Shown: positions 55,376 through 64,000 of the stretch, in pieces
Position numbering within the stretch: position 1 is the first letter of the stretch
How the letters are laid out: each line of letters starts with the position of its first letter
NCBI GenBank assembly: GCA_046538485.1
Contig: JBKHIT010000003.1
Location: 83,199-147,198 of the forward strand
DNA length: 64,000 bases
Source of the DNA: Candidatus Brocadiia bacterium
GTDB taxonomy: Bacteria; Planctomycetota; Brocadiia; SM23-32
Direction of reading: 5' to 3'
Position numbers and translations under genes: made by a program
The notes under the pieces: generated by a model
Databases searched by the model: none
What the model was told of the DNA's origin: nothing
The model's input: the letters and a program-made list of their open reading frames with translations, nothing else

Positions 55376-56770
55376 TTATTCCAGGAGTTCTGCGGCTTTC
55401 TCAGCCAGTTCCGGAATATTCTGGATGACCAGTTCCACGAGTTCTTCGTCGCTCATTACAGCAACACGACCCTCCTCGTATTGTTTGGCAACATCCTGGT
55501 AAATCTCTGATACCTCGGGATTGTTTTTGTCCACCTTGGAATTGTCTTCGAGTTCGAGCTTGGTATTTATCCAGTAGGCAATACCGGCCCGTCCACTTTT
55601 GTCTGTGATCCGGATGCCTGGTTTGACATTGAGGATCTCTTCGGTGTCGAAAATCGTATAAACACGTTTGTCTTTTTCCATCGCATCAATGTGGATTCCC
55701 GCAAGTGTTGTATTGAACCGGGAACCGGCGAAAGGTTGCTGCGGTGGGATGTCATAACCAATTTCAACCTTGAAATAATGGGCGAGTTCGGTGATCACTT
55801 CTGTGTTGATATCCTCATCGTCTCCTCGGAGTGCCAGGTGTTCCATCACCATACCCTCCAGAGGGGCATTCCCCGTGCGCTCACCCACGCCGAATAGGGT
55901 CGAGTTTGTGGCGCTGCAGCCGTACAACCAGGCTATTGCTGAATTGACCAGGACCTTATGAAAATCGTTATGCCCATGCCATTCCAGCCATTCGCTCGGG
56001 AACCCGGCGTAACATTGCAGGCCGTAAATGATACCGGGGACGCTCCGGGGCAGGGAAGCACCCGGGTAAGGGACTCCGAACCCCATTGTATCGCACGCCC
56101 GGATTTTGATCGGCACTCCACTCTCGTCCGCGAGTTTTCGCAGTTCAATGGCGAAAGGCACAACGAACCCGTAAAAATCGGCCCGGGTGATGTCTTCAAA
56201 ATGGCATCGCGGTTTTATACCTTCGTTGAGGGCTGATTTGACGATGGATAGGTAGCGTTCCATCGCTTTCTTGCGGTTAAAACCTTCCCACTTGCCAAAA
56301 ATATGGTAGTCCGAGACGCTGGTGAGGATACCCGTTTCTTCCAGCCCCATTGAGTTGACCAGATCGAAATCACGTGGGTGGGCTCGAATCCAACCGGTCA
56401 CGTGGGGATATTCGTAATCCAGTTCCAGGCATTTTTCGACCGCTTCTCGATCTCGATCCTGGTAGAGGAAAAACTCACACTGTCGAATGAGACCTTTCTC
56501 GCCTCCGAGACGATGCAGCATTTTGTAGACTTCCACTACTTGATCGGCTGTGAAGGGAGGCATTGCCTGCTGACCGTCTCGGAACGTCGTATCGGTGATC
56601 CATGTCTCTTGAGCGGGCCGCATCGGAACATGGCGGTGGTTGAAAGGAATCTGGGGAACCTCCCCATCCGGAAATACATCATCAAAGTACTCCGGATAGT
56701 CCATATTTTGGAGCACGAAATTGTGTTCTTCTCTTTGAAGTGTGCGTGTGTGCTCGTTGTATCTCAGCAT
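55376..56770 (-). CDS. Re-citrate-synthase-like enzyme (DRE-TIM metallolyase, LeuA/homocitrate synthase family)
   Basis: N-terminal …P..F..VFP..EVP.I.F, ITDTTFRDGQQA.PP, TSVSDYHIF, CHFEDITRAD, EWHGHNDF, GERTGNA; no LeuA regulatory domain. Confidence 0.8.
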   Translation of the reverse strand: MLRYNEHTRTLQREEHNFVLQNMDYPEYFDDVFPDGEVPQIPFNHRHVPMRPAQETWITDTTFRDGQQAMPPFTADQVVEVYKMLHRLGGEKGLIRQCEFFLYQDRDREAVEKCLELDYEYPHVTGWIRAHPRDFDLVNSMGLEETGILTSVSDYHIFGKWEGFNRKKAMERYLSIVKSALNEGIKPRCHFEDITRADFYGFVVPFAIELRKLADESGVPIKIRACDTMGFGVPYPGASLPRSVPGIIYGLQCYAGFPSEWLEWHGHNDFHKVLVNSAIAWLYGCSATNSTLFGVGERTGNAPLEGMVMEHLALRGDDEDINTEVITELAHYFKVEIGYDIPPQQPFAGSRFNTTLAGIHIDAMEKDKRVYTIFDTEEILNVKPGIRITDKSGRAGIAYWINTKLELEDNSKVDKNNPEVSEIYQDVAKQYEEGRVAVMSDEELVELVIQNIPELAEKAAELLE

Positions 56771-57035
56771 GGCTACAGGTTTCTTTCATAATAATTGTGT
56801 ATGCGTGTACAGAGAACCCCGCCGGCTTTGGCTGCCCGTCCAGGTGCGAACACGATTTCCCAGAATATGAAATCCAATCATATACAATATCCGCCGGGAC
56901 CTGACTTCGCAAACGAACCTGACCACAGAGCAGCAGTCCGATAAAAAGTTGCGAGGTTGACAGAGAAACCTTTGGCTTTCTTGTTTCGTCTGACCTACAA
57001 TAAAGCCAAATCCTAAAAATCAGATCACTGAGTTT

Positions 57036-58184
57036 ATGGAAAAAAGAATCCTATATGTCAGCGCAGGAGGCCGAATCAGCGGGGCGGAGAGGAGCCTGCT
57101 TGAGCTTGTGAGTGGGCTTAATGGGCAAGAGTATGTCTTAAACGCCGCGGCCCCTCAAGTTGGGGTTTTGTCCGCCCAGCTGGCCGAAGCAGGAGTTAAG
57201 GTCCACCGTGGGTTACAGTTCCGCCCGCAGAAGAGTTGGTCCCCTGTGGCAATGGCATCTCTGGCCAGCCAGTGGGCGCGGGCTGTAAAGCGGGTGGTTA
57301 GAATTGCAGAAGAGTGTGGCGCGCAAATGATTCATTCCAACAATACCGCCGCCCAGTGTATAGGGGGGCCGGCCTCGGCGTTCGCTCATATCCCCTGTCT
57401 CTGGCATGTGCGAGATTTTCAGTCAGCAGGCCCTCTCGATCATGTGCTGAAGGGAACCTCTGAAATAGCTGTCTGCGCCAGCCACGCCCTAAAGCATTAC
57501 CTGGATGAAATTGCGGGCGGTCAAATCAAAAAAAAGGTTATTCACAATGCCATCGATTCTGACAGCTTTACCCGCGATGCCAATCCGGGAGCGTTTCGAG
57601 AAGAAATGAAATTGAGTGCCAATACTCCCGTCATGCTGATGGTTGGACAACTGGTCCCGTGGAAACGGCACGACACATTTATAGAAACTCTGGCTGTCAT
57701 TTCAGAAATGTATCCCCAAATACACGGTGCCATAGCAGGAGAAGATCTCTTTGGAGAACATTCATGGTACGAAAGGCGTCTCCAATCTTTGGCTCATAGG
57801 CTACACGTCGAATCGCAGATGCATTTCCTCGGATATCGAAACGATGTTGCTACCCTTATGGCCGATGCCGATGTGCTTGTCGTGCCGAGTGAAAAAGAGC
57901 CATTCGGGCGTGTCGCTCTGGAGGCGATGGCCATGGAAACGCCAGTGGTTGCAACAAGAGCCGGTGGCCTTAAGGAAATAGTCGAAGATGGGGAAACCGG
58001 CTGGCTGGTTCCTGTCGGTGATATAGAACGCACGGCAAATGCTATCAAGAAGGTGCTGGAAGATCCAGATCTTGCGGTGCAGATGGGCCAGAAAGGAAGA
58101 CAACGTGTCATCGAACATTTCAACCGCGACGAGCATGTCCGGCAGATTGCTGAAATCTACGAACAAATTCTTGCGGCGGAATAA
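57036..58184 (+). CDS. Glycosyltransferase family 4 (GT-B)
   Basis: GAERSL, VGQLVPWKRH, FLGYR.DV, PSEKEPFGRVALEAMA. Confidence 0.93.
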   Translation: MEKRILYVSAGGRISGAERSLLELVSGLNGQEYVLNAAAPQVGVLSAQLAEAGVKVHRGLQFRPQKSWSPVAMASLASQWARAVKRVVRIAEECGAQMIHSNNTAAQCIGGPASAFAHIPCLWHVRDFQSAGPLDHVLKGTSEIAVCASHALKHYLDEIAGGQIKKKVIHNAIDSDSFTRDANPGAFREEMKLSANTPVMLMVGQLVPWKRHDTFIETLAVISEMYPQIHGAIAGEDLFGEHSWYERRLQSLAHRLHVESQMHFLGYRNDVATLMADADVLVVPSEKEPFGRVALEAMAMETPVVATRAGGLKEIVEDGETGWLVPVGDIERTANAIKKVLEDPDLAVQMGQKGRQRVIEHFNRDEHVRQIAEIYEQILAAE

Positions 58185-58428
58185 TAGGGCTGATTTGAAA
58201 GATTTTGAACGTCCTGCGGGGGGACGTTTTGGCGTGATTTTCGTGGGACTGTTTTTCTCTGGATAATTTTTATCGGTGCAACACGAAACAATATTGAAAA
58301 GGGGCAAAGGAGTCCCTCTTGAAAAAGGAGACGCTTGCGCTTTTTCGCCGGGCCAACTATAAATGATGAGAGTGCGCGGAGTTTACCTGTCCTGGACCCT
58401 CCGGAATCAACAAAAGAGAGGCGAAAAA

Positions 58429-59592
58429 TTGCAGCATCCCGAAAGAGAAGATGATCCTGAACTGGAAGACATTCTCCCGTTTCACAAGCGCGGCAAAACT
58501 CGCATGGTGAGCCGATGCGAACTTAAAACTGTTTCAGACCTGAGGCGAATCTACACGCCGGGTGTGGCTAAAGTGAGCCAGTTGATTGAAGCGGAACCGA
58601 AGCAAATTTACTCGCACACTTCGATCGGAGATACCGTTGCCGTGATGACAAACGGGACGGCAGTTCTGGGCCTGGGAGATGTCGGCGTTCAGGCGTCTAT
58701 GCCGGTTATGGAAGGGAAAGCCGTCATATTGATGGAAATGGTCGATATCAGTGCAATCCCACTTTTGGTCGATACCCACGACGCGGAGGAGTTTGTACAG
58801 ACGGCTTCTCTTGTCTCTCCAACGTTCGGTGCCATTCTTCTGGAGGATATTGCAGCTCCTTTGTGCTTCGAGATCGAAAATGAATTGAAAGCCAAGCTCG
58901 ATATAGCGGTATTCCACGACGATCAGCACGGGACAGCGGTCGTGGTTCTCGGCGCTCTGATCAATGCACTCAATCACACAGGTAAAGAACCCGAGGAGGT
59001 GACTGCTGTGATTAATGGAGCCGGTGCAGCGGGATGGGCAATAGCGCGGTTCCTGCTGGAGTACGGTGTGAACGATGTTGTTCTATGTGATCGTTCAGGG
59101 GCCATTTACCGCGGTCGCGATGAACATATGAATGAGGTCAAACAGAAGATCGCGAAAGATACAAATCGATCGGAGGAGCAGGGTTCCCTCGCGGAGGTGA
59201 TGGAAAGCAAAGATCTGTTCATCGGAGTGAGCGCAGCGGGCTTGGCCAGCAAAGATATGGTCCGGTCAATGGCGCCTGATCCGATTGTTTTTGCAATGGC
59301 GAATCCAATCCCGGAGATCTGGCCGGACGAAGCGATCGACGCTGGCGCCGCGGTTGCGACAGATGGCCGCCATCTGAACAATGCTCTGGGTTTCCCGGGC
59401 ATCTTTCGGGGCGCTTTAGATGCGCGAGCCAGCGATATAAATGATGCCATGAAAATTGCCGCATCCCGGACCCTTGCTAATCTGGCTCCAGAGGGCGAAC
59501 TCGTGCCCGATTTTATGGACCGTGCTGTCCACCAAAAGGTGGCAGCGGCGGTATGTGAAGCTGCACGGGACAGCGGTGTGGCAAGAATTTGA
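58429..59592 (+). CDS. NAD(P)-dependent malic enzyme
   Basis: YTPGVA, TNGTAVLGLG, VMEGKA, LEDIAAP, FHDDQHGTA, GAGAAG, FAMANP, NNALGFPG. Start uncertain (TTG 58429 or ATG 58363). Confidence 0.93.
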   Translation: MQHPEREDDPELEDILPFHKRGKTRMVSRCELKTVSDLRRIYTPGVAKVSQLIEAEPKQIYSHTSIGDTVAVMTNGTAVLGLGDVGVQASMPVMEGKAVILMEMVDISAIPLLVDTHDAEEFVQTASLVSPTFGAILLEDIAAPLCFEIENELKAKLDIAVFHDDQHGTAVVVLGALINALNHTGKEPEEVTAVINGAGAAGWAIARFLLEYGVNDVVLCDRSGAIYRGRDEHMNEVKQKIAKDTNRSEEQGSLAEVMESKDLFIGVSAAGLASKDMVRSMAPDPIVFAMANPIPEIWPDEAIDAGAAVATDGRHLNNALGFPGIFRGALDARASDINDAMKIAASRTLANLAPEGELVPDFMDRAVHQKVAAAVCEAARDSGVARI

Positions 59593-59623
59593 CCGTGTTG
59601 AAAAAGAAAGCCATTTCATTCCA

Positions 59624-60898
59624 TTGACGACTTTTTATGTCGAAACATTCGGTTGTCGTTCCAACCAGTACGATTCCCAGCGTCTCCGTGAGGCGTTGCA
59701 GGAAGTCGGCCTGCAAGGGGCGAGCAATACCCGGAATACCGATCTTATAATTGTCAATACCTGTACCGTAACCCATACGGCATCTCGGAAGGCCCGGCGC
59801 CGTTTGAGAGAACTTGTCCGGGAATGCCCGCAATCAAAAGTTTATGCCACCGGCTGCTATGCTTCAGCTGATCCTGAGGAACTCGGCGAGATCGAGGGGC
59901 TGGCCGGTGTCTACGGGCGTGAGCAGTGGGAGGAATTGCTGGAGGCAGCGACCGGCGAAAAAGCACACGATTCCCGGCGTGTAAAAGGGGATTTCGGAAT
60001 CAGGTCATTTACAGGGCGAAGCCGGGCGCTTTTGAAAGTGCAGGAGGGATGTGACTTTTTCTGTGCCTACTGCATAGTGCCGTTCGTCCGTGGTGAACCG
60101 AGAAGCCGACCGCTTCAGGAAGCGGTCAAGGAAGCTCAACGGCTGATCTCCCGAGGATTCAGGGAGATTGTCCTGACCGGTATCCATCTCGGGCTCTATG
60201 GACGCGATAGACCGGATGACGAGAATCTCCCGAACCTTGTCCGTTCTCTTGCAGACTTGCCCGGCCTGGAACGCCTCAGGCTGAGTTCGATCGAGGCCGT
60301 TGAGGTTGATGAACTTTTGCTCAAGGCAATGGAACACCCGTCCGTTTGCCAGCACCTCCATCTTGCCCTGCAGAGTGGGGACGACGAAACTCTTGAGCGG
60401 ATGGGACGGCGCTATACGTCGGCGGATTTTATGGAACGGGTGGGAATGATTCGTGACCATCTGGAAAACCCCGCTATTTCCGGTGACGTAATTGTGGGTT
60501 TCCCGGGGGAGACGGATAAGGCTTTTGCAAAGACAATGGAGGTCTGCCGGAAAGTGGCGTTCAGTCGAATGCACATCTTCCGATACAGCGTAAGGCCCGG
60601 AACTCGGGCTGCTGAGATGCCCGGACAGGTTCATTCTCGCACAGCAAAAAAACGCTCAAAACAATTGAGAAAACTTGCCCGACAACTGTCGCAGGAATGG
60701 GCGGAACAATTCGTCGGCAGGAATGTCCGTGTGTTGTTGGAGGAACAAAAGGCTCCCAATTGCTTTACGGGATATACGGACCGCTACGTCCGCGCCGAGG
60801 TGAGAGGGCAGGGGAGTACCGACCAGGTCCGCCACGCAGAAATAAGATCGGCCAGAAACTCCAAATTGCAGGGAGACTTGATCGAATTACAAAGTTAA
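59624..60898 (+). CDS. mtaB: tRNA t6A37 methylthiotransferase (radical SAM)
   Basis: TFGCRSNQYDS, NTCTVT, GCYA, QEGCDFFCAYC (CxxxCxxC), EIVLTGIHLG, HL.LQSG, IVGFPGET; TTG start at 59624. Confidence 0.9.
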   Translation: MTTFYVETFGCRSNQYDSQRLREALQEVGLQGASNTRNTDLIIVNTCTVTHTASRKARRRLRELVRECPQSKVYATGCYASADPEELGEIEGLAGVYGREQWEELLEAATGEKAHDSRRVKGDFGIRSFTGRSRALLKVQEGCDFFCAYCIVPFVRGEPRSRPLQEAVKEAQRLISRGFREIVLTGIHLGLYGRDRPDDENLPNLVRSLADLPGLERLRLSSIEAVEVDELLLKAMEHPSVCQHLHLALQSGDDETLERMGRRYTSADFMERVGMIRDHLENPAISGDVIVGFPGETDKAFAKTMEVCRKVAFSRMHIFRYSVRPGTRAAEMPGQVHSRTAKKRSKQLRKLARQLSQEWAEQFVGRNVRVLLEEQKAPNCFTGYTDRYVRAEVRGQGSTDQVRHAEIRSARNSKLQGDLIELQS

Positions 60899-61003
60899 AA
60901 CCGAAATTCTTGGTTTAGTCCCTTATGTCGCTTACGTCTCTTCTGTCCCTTTAATCCTGCCTGTGGTGCTAACAAATCATCCCAAGTCATTTTCATTCCA
61001 CCC

Positions 61004-61690
61004 TCACGCAAGCGACCGGCTTATAATGCTACAGAGTTCGATGGCAATCTCGGACTTTGTGCCGGGTTCAGCCAGTATACTTCCTTGTCGATTCACGATG
61101 ATAGCCGGATGCTTTTCATCGCGGATTTCTGAAAGGTTGTTTCCGACGGCGAGATCGGCCCGGCTGTTTCGAATCAATGACGTTGCGATTTCCCGGAGCC
61201 TGTCGCGGCTTTCATCAATTTCCAGTTTGAAACCAACGAGCAGGGTTCGCGGGCTCCAATCCTTGATCTGACGAATAACTTTCGGAGTCCGACTCAACTG
61301 CAGCGTCAGTCGATCCTTACCGGATGCTATTTTCCGAGTGTGGTCGGCCTCCGGCACATAATCAAGAACTGCCATGGCATGGATAACGGCAACGTAGCGC
61401 TGTTTCTTGCTGAGTTCGTTTTCAAGAGTCTGCAGGAGGTCAAAAACCGTTTCAATTCGTTCGATGCGCAATCGATTCCATTCTTCGGAGGATACATCCT
61501 CGGGTTCAGGAACGATGCTGTCGGGTCCCGCGAGCATTGTAACGTGTGCGCCAAGCGCCACCGCCTCAATGGCTATGCGGGAGCCAAGTTTCCCCGAGGA
61601 ACGATTGCTGATATACCGCACGGCATCGATGTCGGCCCGTGTAGGGCCACTGGTGATCAAAATACGCTTTTCGTCAAGAGAAGGGGACAT
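61004..61690 (-). CDS. coaB: Stand-alone phosphopantothenate-cysteine ligase (CoaB half of CoaBC)
   Basis: ITSGPT…DAVRYISN.SSGKLG, HAMAVLDY, LVGFKLE, VGNNL; no CoaC flavoprotein domain. Confidence 0.88.
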   Translation of the reverse strand: MSPSLDEKRILITSGPTRADIDAVRYISNRSSGKLGSRIAIEAVALGAHVTMLAGPDSIVPEPEDVSSEEWNRLRIERIETVFDLLQTLENELSKKQRYVAVIHAMAVLDYVPEADHTRKIASGKDRLTLQLSRTPKVIRQIKDWSPRTLLVGFKLEIDESRDRLREIATSLIRNSRADLAVGNNLSEIRDEKHPAIIVNRQGSILAEPGTKSEIAIELCSIISRSLA

Positions 61691-61711
61691 GGTAGGGCTT
61701 TCCAGCAGAGG

Positions 61712-62278
61712 TCAGTTCATTTCCAGGAAATTTTGCAATAGTGTAGGACCGTCTTTTGTGAGAAACGATTCGGGATGGAACTGGACGCCCTCCAAAGGAT
61801 ATTCAACGTGCCGGATCCCCATTATCTCATCTTGTTCGGCTCGGGCGGTGACTTCAAAACAGTCAGGAAGGGACTCTTCAGGCACTGAGAGGGAATGATA
61901 ACGTGTGGCTTCGAACGGATTAGGGAGTCCTGCGTAAACGGTTTTGCCGTCATGGGTTATCATACTTGTCTTGCCGTGCATAAGACGCCTGTGTCGCACA
62001 ACCTCAGCCCCGAAAGTGTGTGCGATACACTGGTGGCCGAGGCAAACCCCCATCAGCGGTATTTCCCCGGCGAATCGCTCGACCACTTCATTGGATATCC
62101 CTGCCTCAAGAGGTGTGCATGGACCGGGGGAGATAATGATGTGGTCCGGATCTAATTCGCTGATTTCATCGGTGGCTATTTTATCGTTTCGAAACACCTG
62201 AATCTCGGCGCCCAGTTCTCCGAGACGTTGAACGAGATTGTAGGTGAAGGAATCGTAGTTATCGATGATGAGAATCAT
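61712..62278 (-). CDS. Glutamine amidotransferase, anthranilate/aminodeoxychorismate synthase component II (TrpG/PabA)
   Basis: [40 protein letters not shown]. Confidence 0.96.
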   Translation of the reverse strand: MILIIDNYDSFTYNLVQRLGELGAEIQVFRNDKIATDEISELDPDHIIISPGPCTPLEAGISNEVVERFAGEIPLMGVCLGHQCIAHTFGAEVVRHRRLMHGKTSMITHDGKTVYAGLPNPFEATRYHSLSVPEESLPDCFEVTARAEQDEIMGIRHVEYPLEGVQFHPESFLTKDGPTLLQNFLEMN

Positions 62279-62470
62279 GAAGTAGCTTTCACATTGTTTG
62301 CCAGAAGAACATGCATTATTGTCCGGCTCAACAGAAAAAGTCAAATCAGCGTAGAGCGACGCTGTAATAAAGTACTCCATCTGTTATTTGGTTTGACCGC
62401 AATGAATCCATCGGCATAATAGCTTTTTGAGGGAAGAGTGAGAGAGCAAAATTCGTTTCGGAGGGACATC

Positions 62471-63145
62471 ATGTGTCCGGTACCTTCCAAGATGTGCGTG
62501 GCTGCCGATGTTGCAGCATTTCGCTGCCTGGCGGAGAAAGAACTTGAAATCCTGCTGGTGGAGCGCGGAAACGATCCTTACAAAGGAATGTGGGCTCTGC
62601 CCGGTGGTTTTGTTGAACTGGATGAAGATCTGGATGATGCCGCCAGGCGAGAACTCAAAGAGGAAACCGGTTTGGAACCCGTGGCCATTTCGCAGGTGGG
62701 AGCCTGGGGGGCTCCCGGCCGCGATCCGAGAGGCCGGACGGTTAGCGCAGTATACCTCGGCACAACTCGGGCCGGGTCTGACCAGGTCGAAGGGGCGGAT
62801 GATGCGGCAGCGGCCGGTTGGCATCCGGTAAGTTCACCGCCTGCGCTCGCTTTCGACCATGATGAAATTCTCGCAGCCTGTGTGAAAGAAATGCACAGGC
62901 TTTGTGAACGAACGCACCTTGCGCTGTCTTTTCTGCCGGACTCATTTATGCCCGGCGAACTGGCGACCGTTCTGAAGAAGCTGGGTGTGAGACACCCGGA
63001 AGATGCGGCGGCTCGTCTGATATCCGCCGCGGAGGTTGAGCAGATGCAAGGTGAAGAGTCGGGATACGGCGTCGTTGCGGATTCTTTTCTGGAAAATCTC
63101 CGAGAACCAGTTCTGATGTTTCCTGTGGGTAATAAGAACAGGTAA
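62471..63145 (+). CDS. NUDIX hydrolase with a degenerate NrtR-like C-terminal region
   Basis: WALPGGFV…AARRELKEETG Nudix box, GRDPRGR, LAFDH; C-terminal FLPDSF…EL…LG. Start 62438 or 62471. Confidence 0.85.
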   Translation: MCPVPSKMCVAADVAAFRCLAEKELEILLVERGNDPYKGMWALPGGFVELDEDLDDAARRELKEETGLEPVAISQVGAWGAPGRDPRGRTVSAVYLGTTRAGSDQVEGADDAAAAGWHPVSSPPALAFDHDEILAACVKEMHRLCERTHLALSFLPDSFMPGELATVLKKLGVRHPEDAAARLISAAEVEQMQGEESGYGVVADSFLENLREPVLMFPVGNKNR

Positions 63146-63147
63146 AA

Positions 63148-63987
63148 ATGATGCACTTTACTAAGATGCATGGGATTGGGAACGATTATGTCTTTGTGAA
63201 CGCCTTTGAACAGTCGATCGAGGATCCGCCGGATCTCGCCAGGAAAATGGCGCGCCGACATTTTGGGATCGGATCCGACGGCCTGATTCTGATTGGACCA
63301 TCCGAAAAAGCCGATGTTGAGATGAGGATTTTTAATGCCGACGGCAGCGAAGCCGAAATGTGCGGCAACGGTATCCGATGCGTTGGGAAATACGTCTACG
63401 ATCGAGGTGTTTGCGAAAAAGAAACCTTTCGGGTGGAGACAAAAGCCGGTGTCCGTACGATCGAGCTTCTAACTGAGAATGGGCGAGCCGTTGGCGCAAC
63501 CGTCAATATGGGCGAGCCAGGCCTCACCAGAGCGGAAATACCGATGAGCGGTTCGCCCGACGAACGTGCTGTCGATATCGACCTGCTGGTGGGGGACCGG
63601 AGACTCGAAGTGACGTGCGTTTCGATGGGAAATCCGCACTGCATCGTGCCAGTGGAACAGATCGAGGGCTATCCCTGGAAAGAGCTTGGACCGACGGTTG
63701 AAAACCATGAGGTCTTTCCAGAAAGGACCAACGTCCATTTCGTTCAAACGGAATCGCCGGGCGAAGTGACGATGGCGACGTGGGAGCGGGGGAGTGGTGT
63801 GACACTGGCCTGCGGCACGGGAGCTTCTGCGGTTTGCGTTGCCATGAATTTGCTCGATCAGACGGATCGGAAAATTCTGGCACATCTACCCGGAGGGGAT
63901 CTTGAGCTTGTATGGTCCGCGGACGACAATTGCGTTTACATGACCGGTCCGGCGGAAGAAGTGTTCGAAGGAGAATGGCCGGAGTAG
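63148..63987 (+). CDS. dapF: Diaminopimelate epimerase
   Basis: FTKMHGIGNDY, N.DGSEAEMCGNG.RC, SMGNPH, ERGSG.TLACGTGA. Confidence 0.98.
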   Translation: MMHFTKMHGIGNDYVFVNAFEQSIEDPPDLARKMARRHFGIGSDGLILIGPSEKADVEMRIFNADGSEAEMCGNGIRCVGKYVYDRGVCEKETFRVETKAGVRTIELLTENGRAVGATVNMGEPGLTRAEIPMSGSPDERAVDIDLLVGDRRLEVTCVSMGNPHCIVPVEQIEGYPWKELGPTVENHEVFPERTNVHFVQTESPGEVTMATWERGSGVTLACGTGASAVCVAMNLLDQTDRKILAHLPGGDLELVWSADDNCVYMTGPAEEVFEGEWPE

Positions 63988-64000
63988 CCACCTGAGCAAC

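Overview
A 64-kb bacterial chromosomal window, probably from an anaerobic PVC-superphylum organism, most likely Planctomycetota. This is inferred from a prepilin-type/H-X9-DG (DUF1559-like) protein, a planctomycete-style sigma54 N-terminus, NfnAB and a Re-citrate-synthase-like enzyme. Many proteins look Asp/Glu-rich, so a saline habitat is possible. Housekeeping content: rtcA, rnc, nadA, thi4, xerC, tatC, rpoN, recR-ybaB-dnaX, ilvE, lysS, mtaB, coaB, dapF, tRNA-Ser(GGA) and a large Bacillus/archaeal-type SRP RNA. Carbohydrate-processing content: xylA, a ~9.5-kb esterase/GH127/sulfatase run, a heparinase II/III-like protein, a GH106-like protein and a 1160-aa PA14/CBM6 protein. Several intergenic regions carry palindromic REP-like or MITE-like elements. 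I found no CRISPR array, prophage, intact transposase or rRNA. The strongest leads are a TatC fused through an extra transmembrane helix to a FecR-like domain directly behind rpoN, an E. coli-like slippery site with a nearby -1 stop in dnaX, two unexplained structured intergenic elements (4181-4375 and 50270-50460), a haloarchaeal-like Cys-type THI4 and a TA-flanked MITE upstream of xerC. All calls come from reading motifs by eye; no database search or folding program was run.
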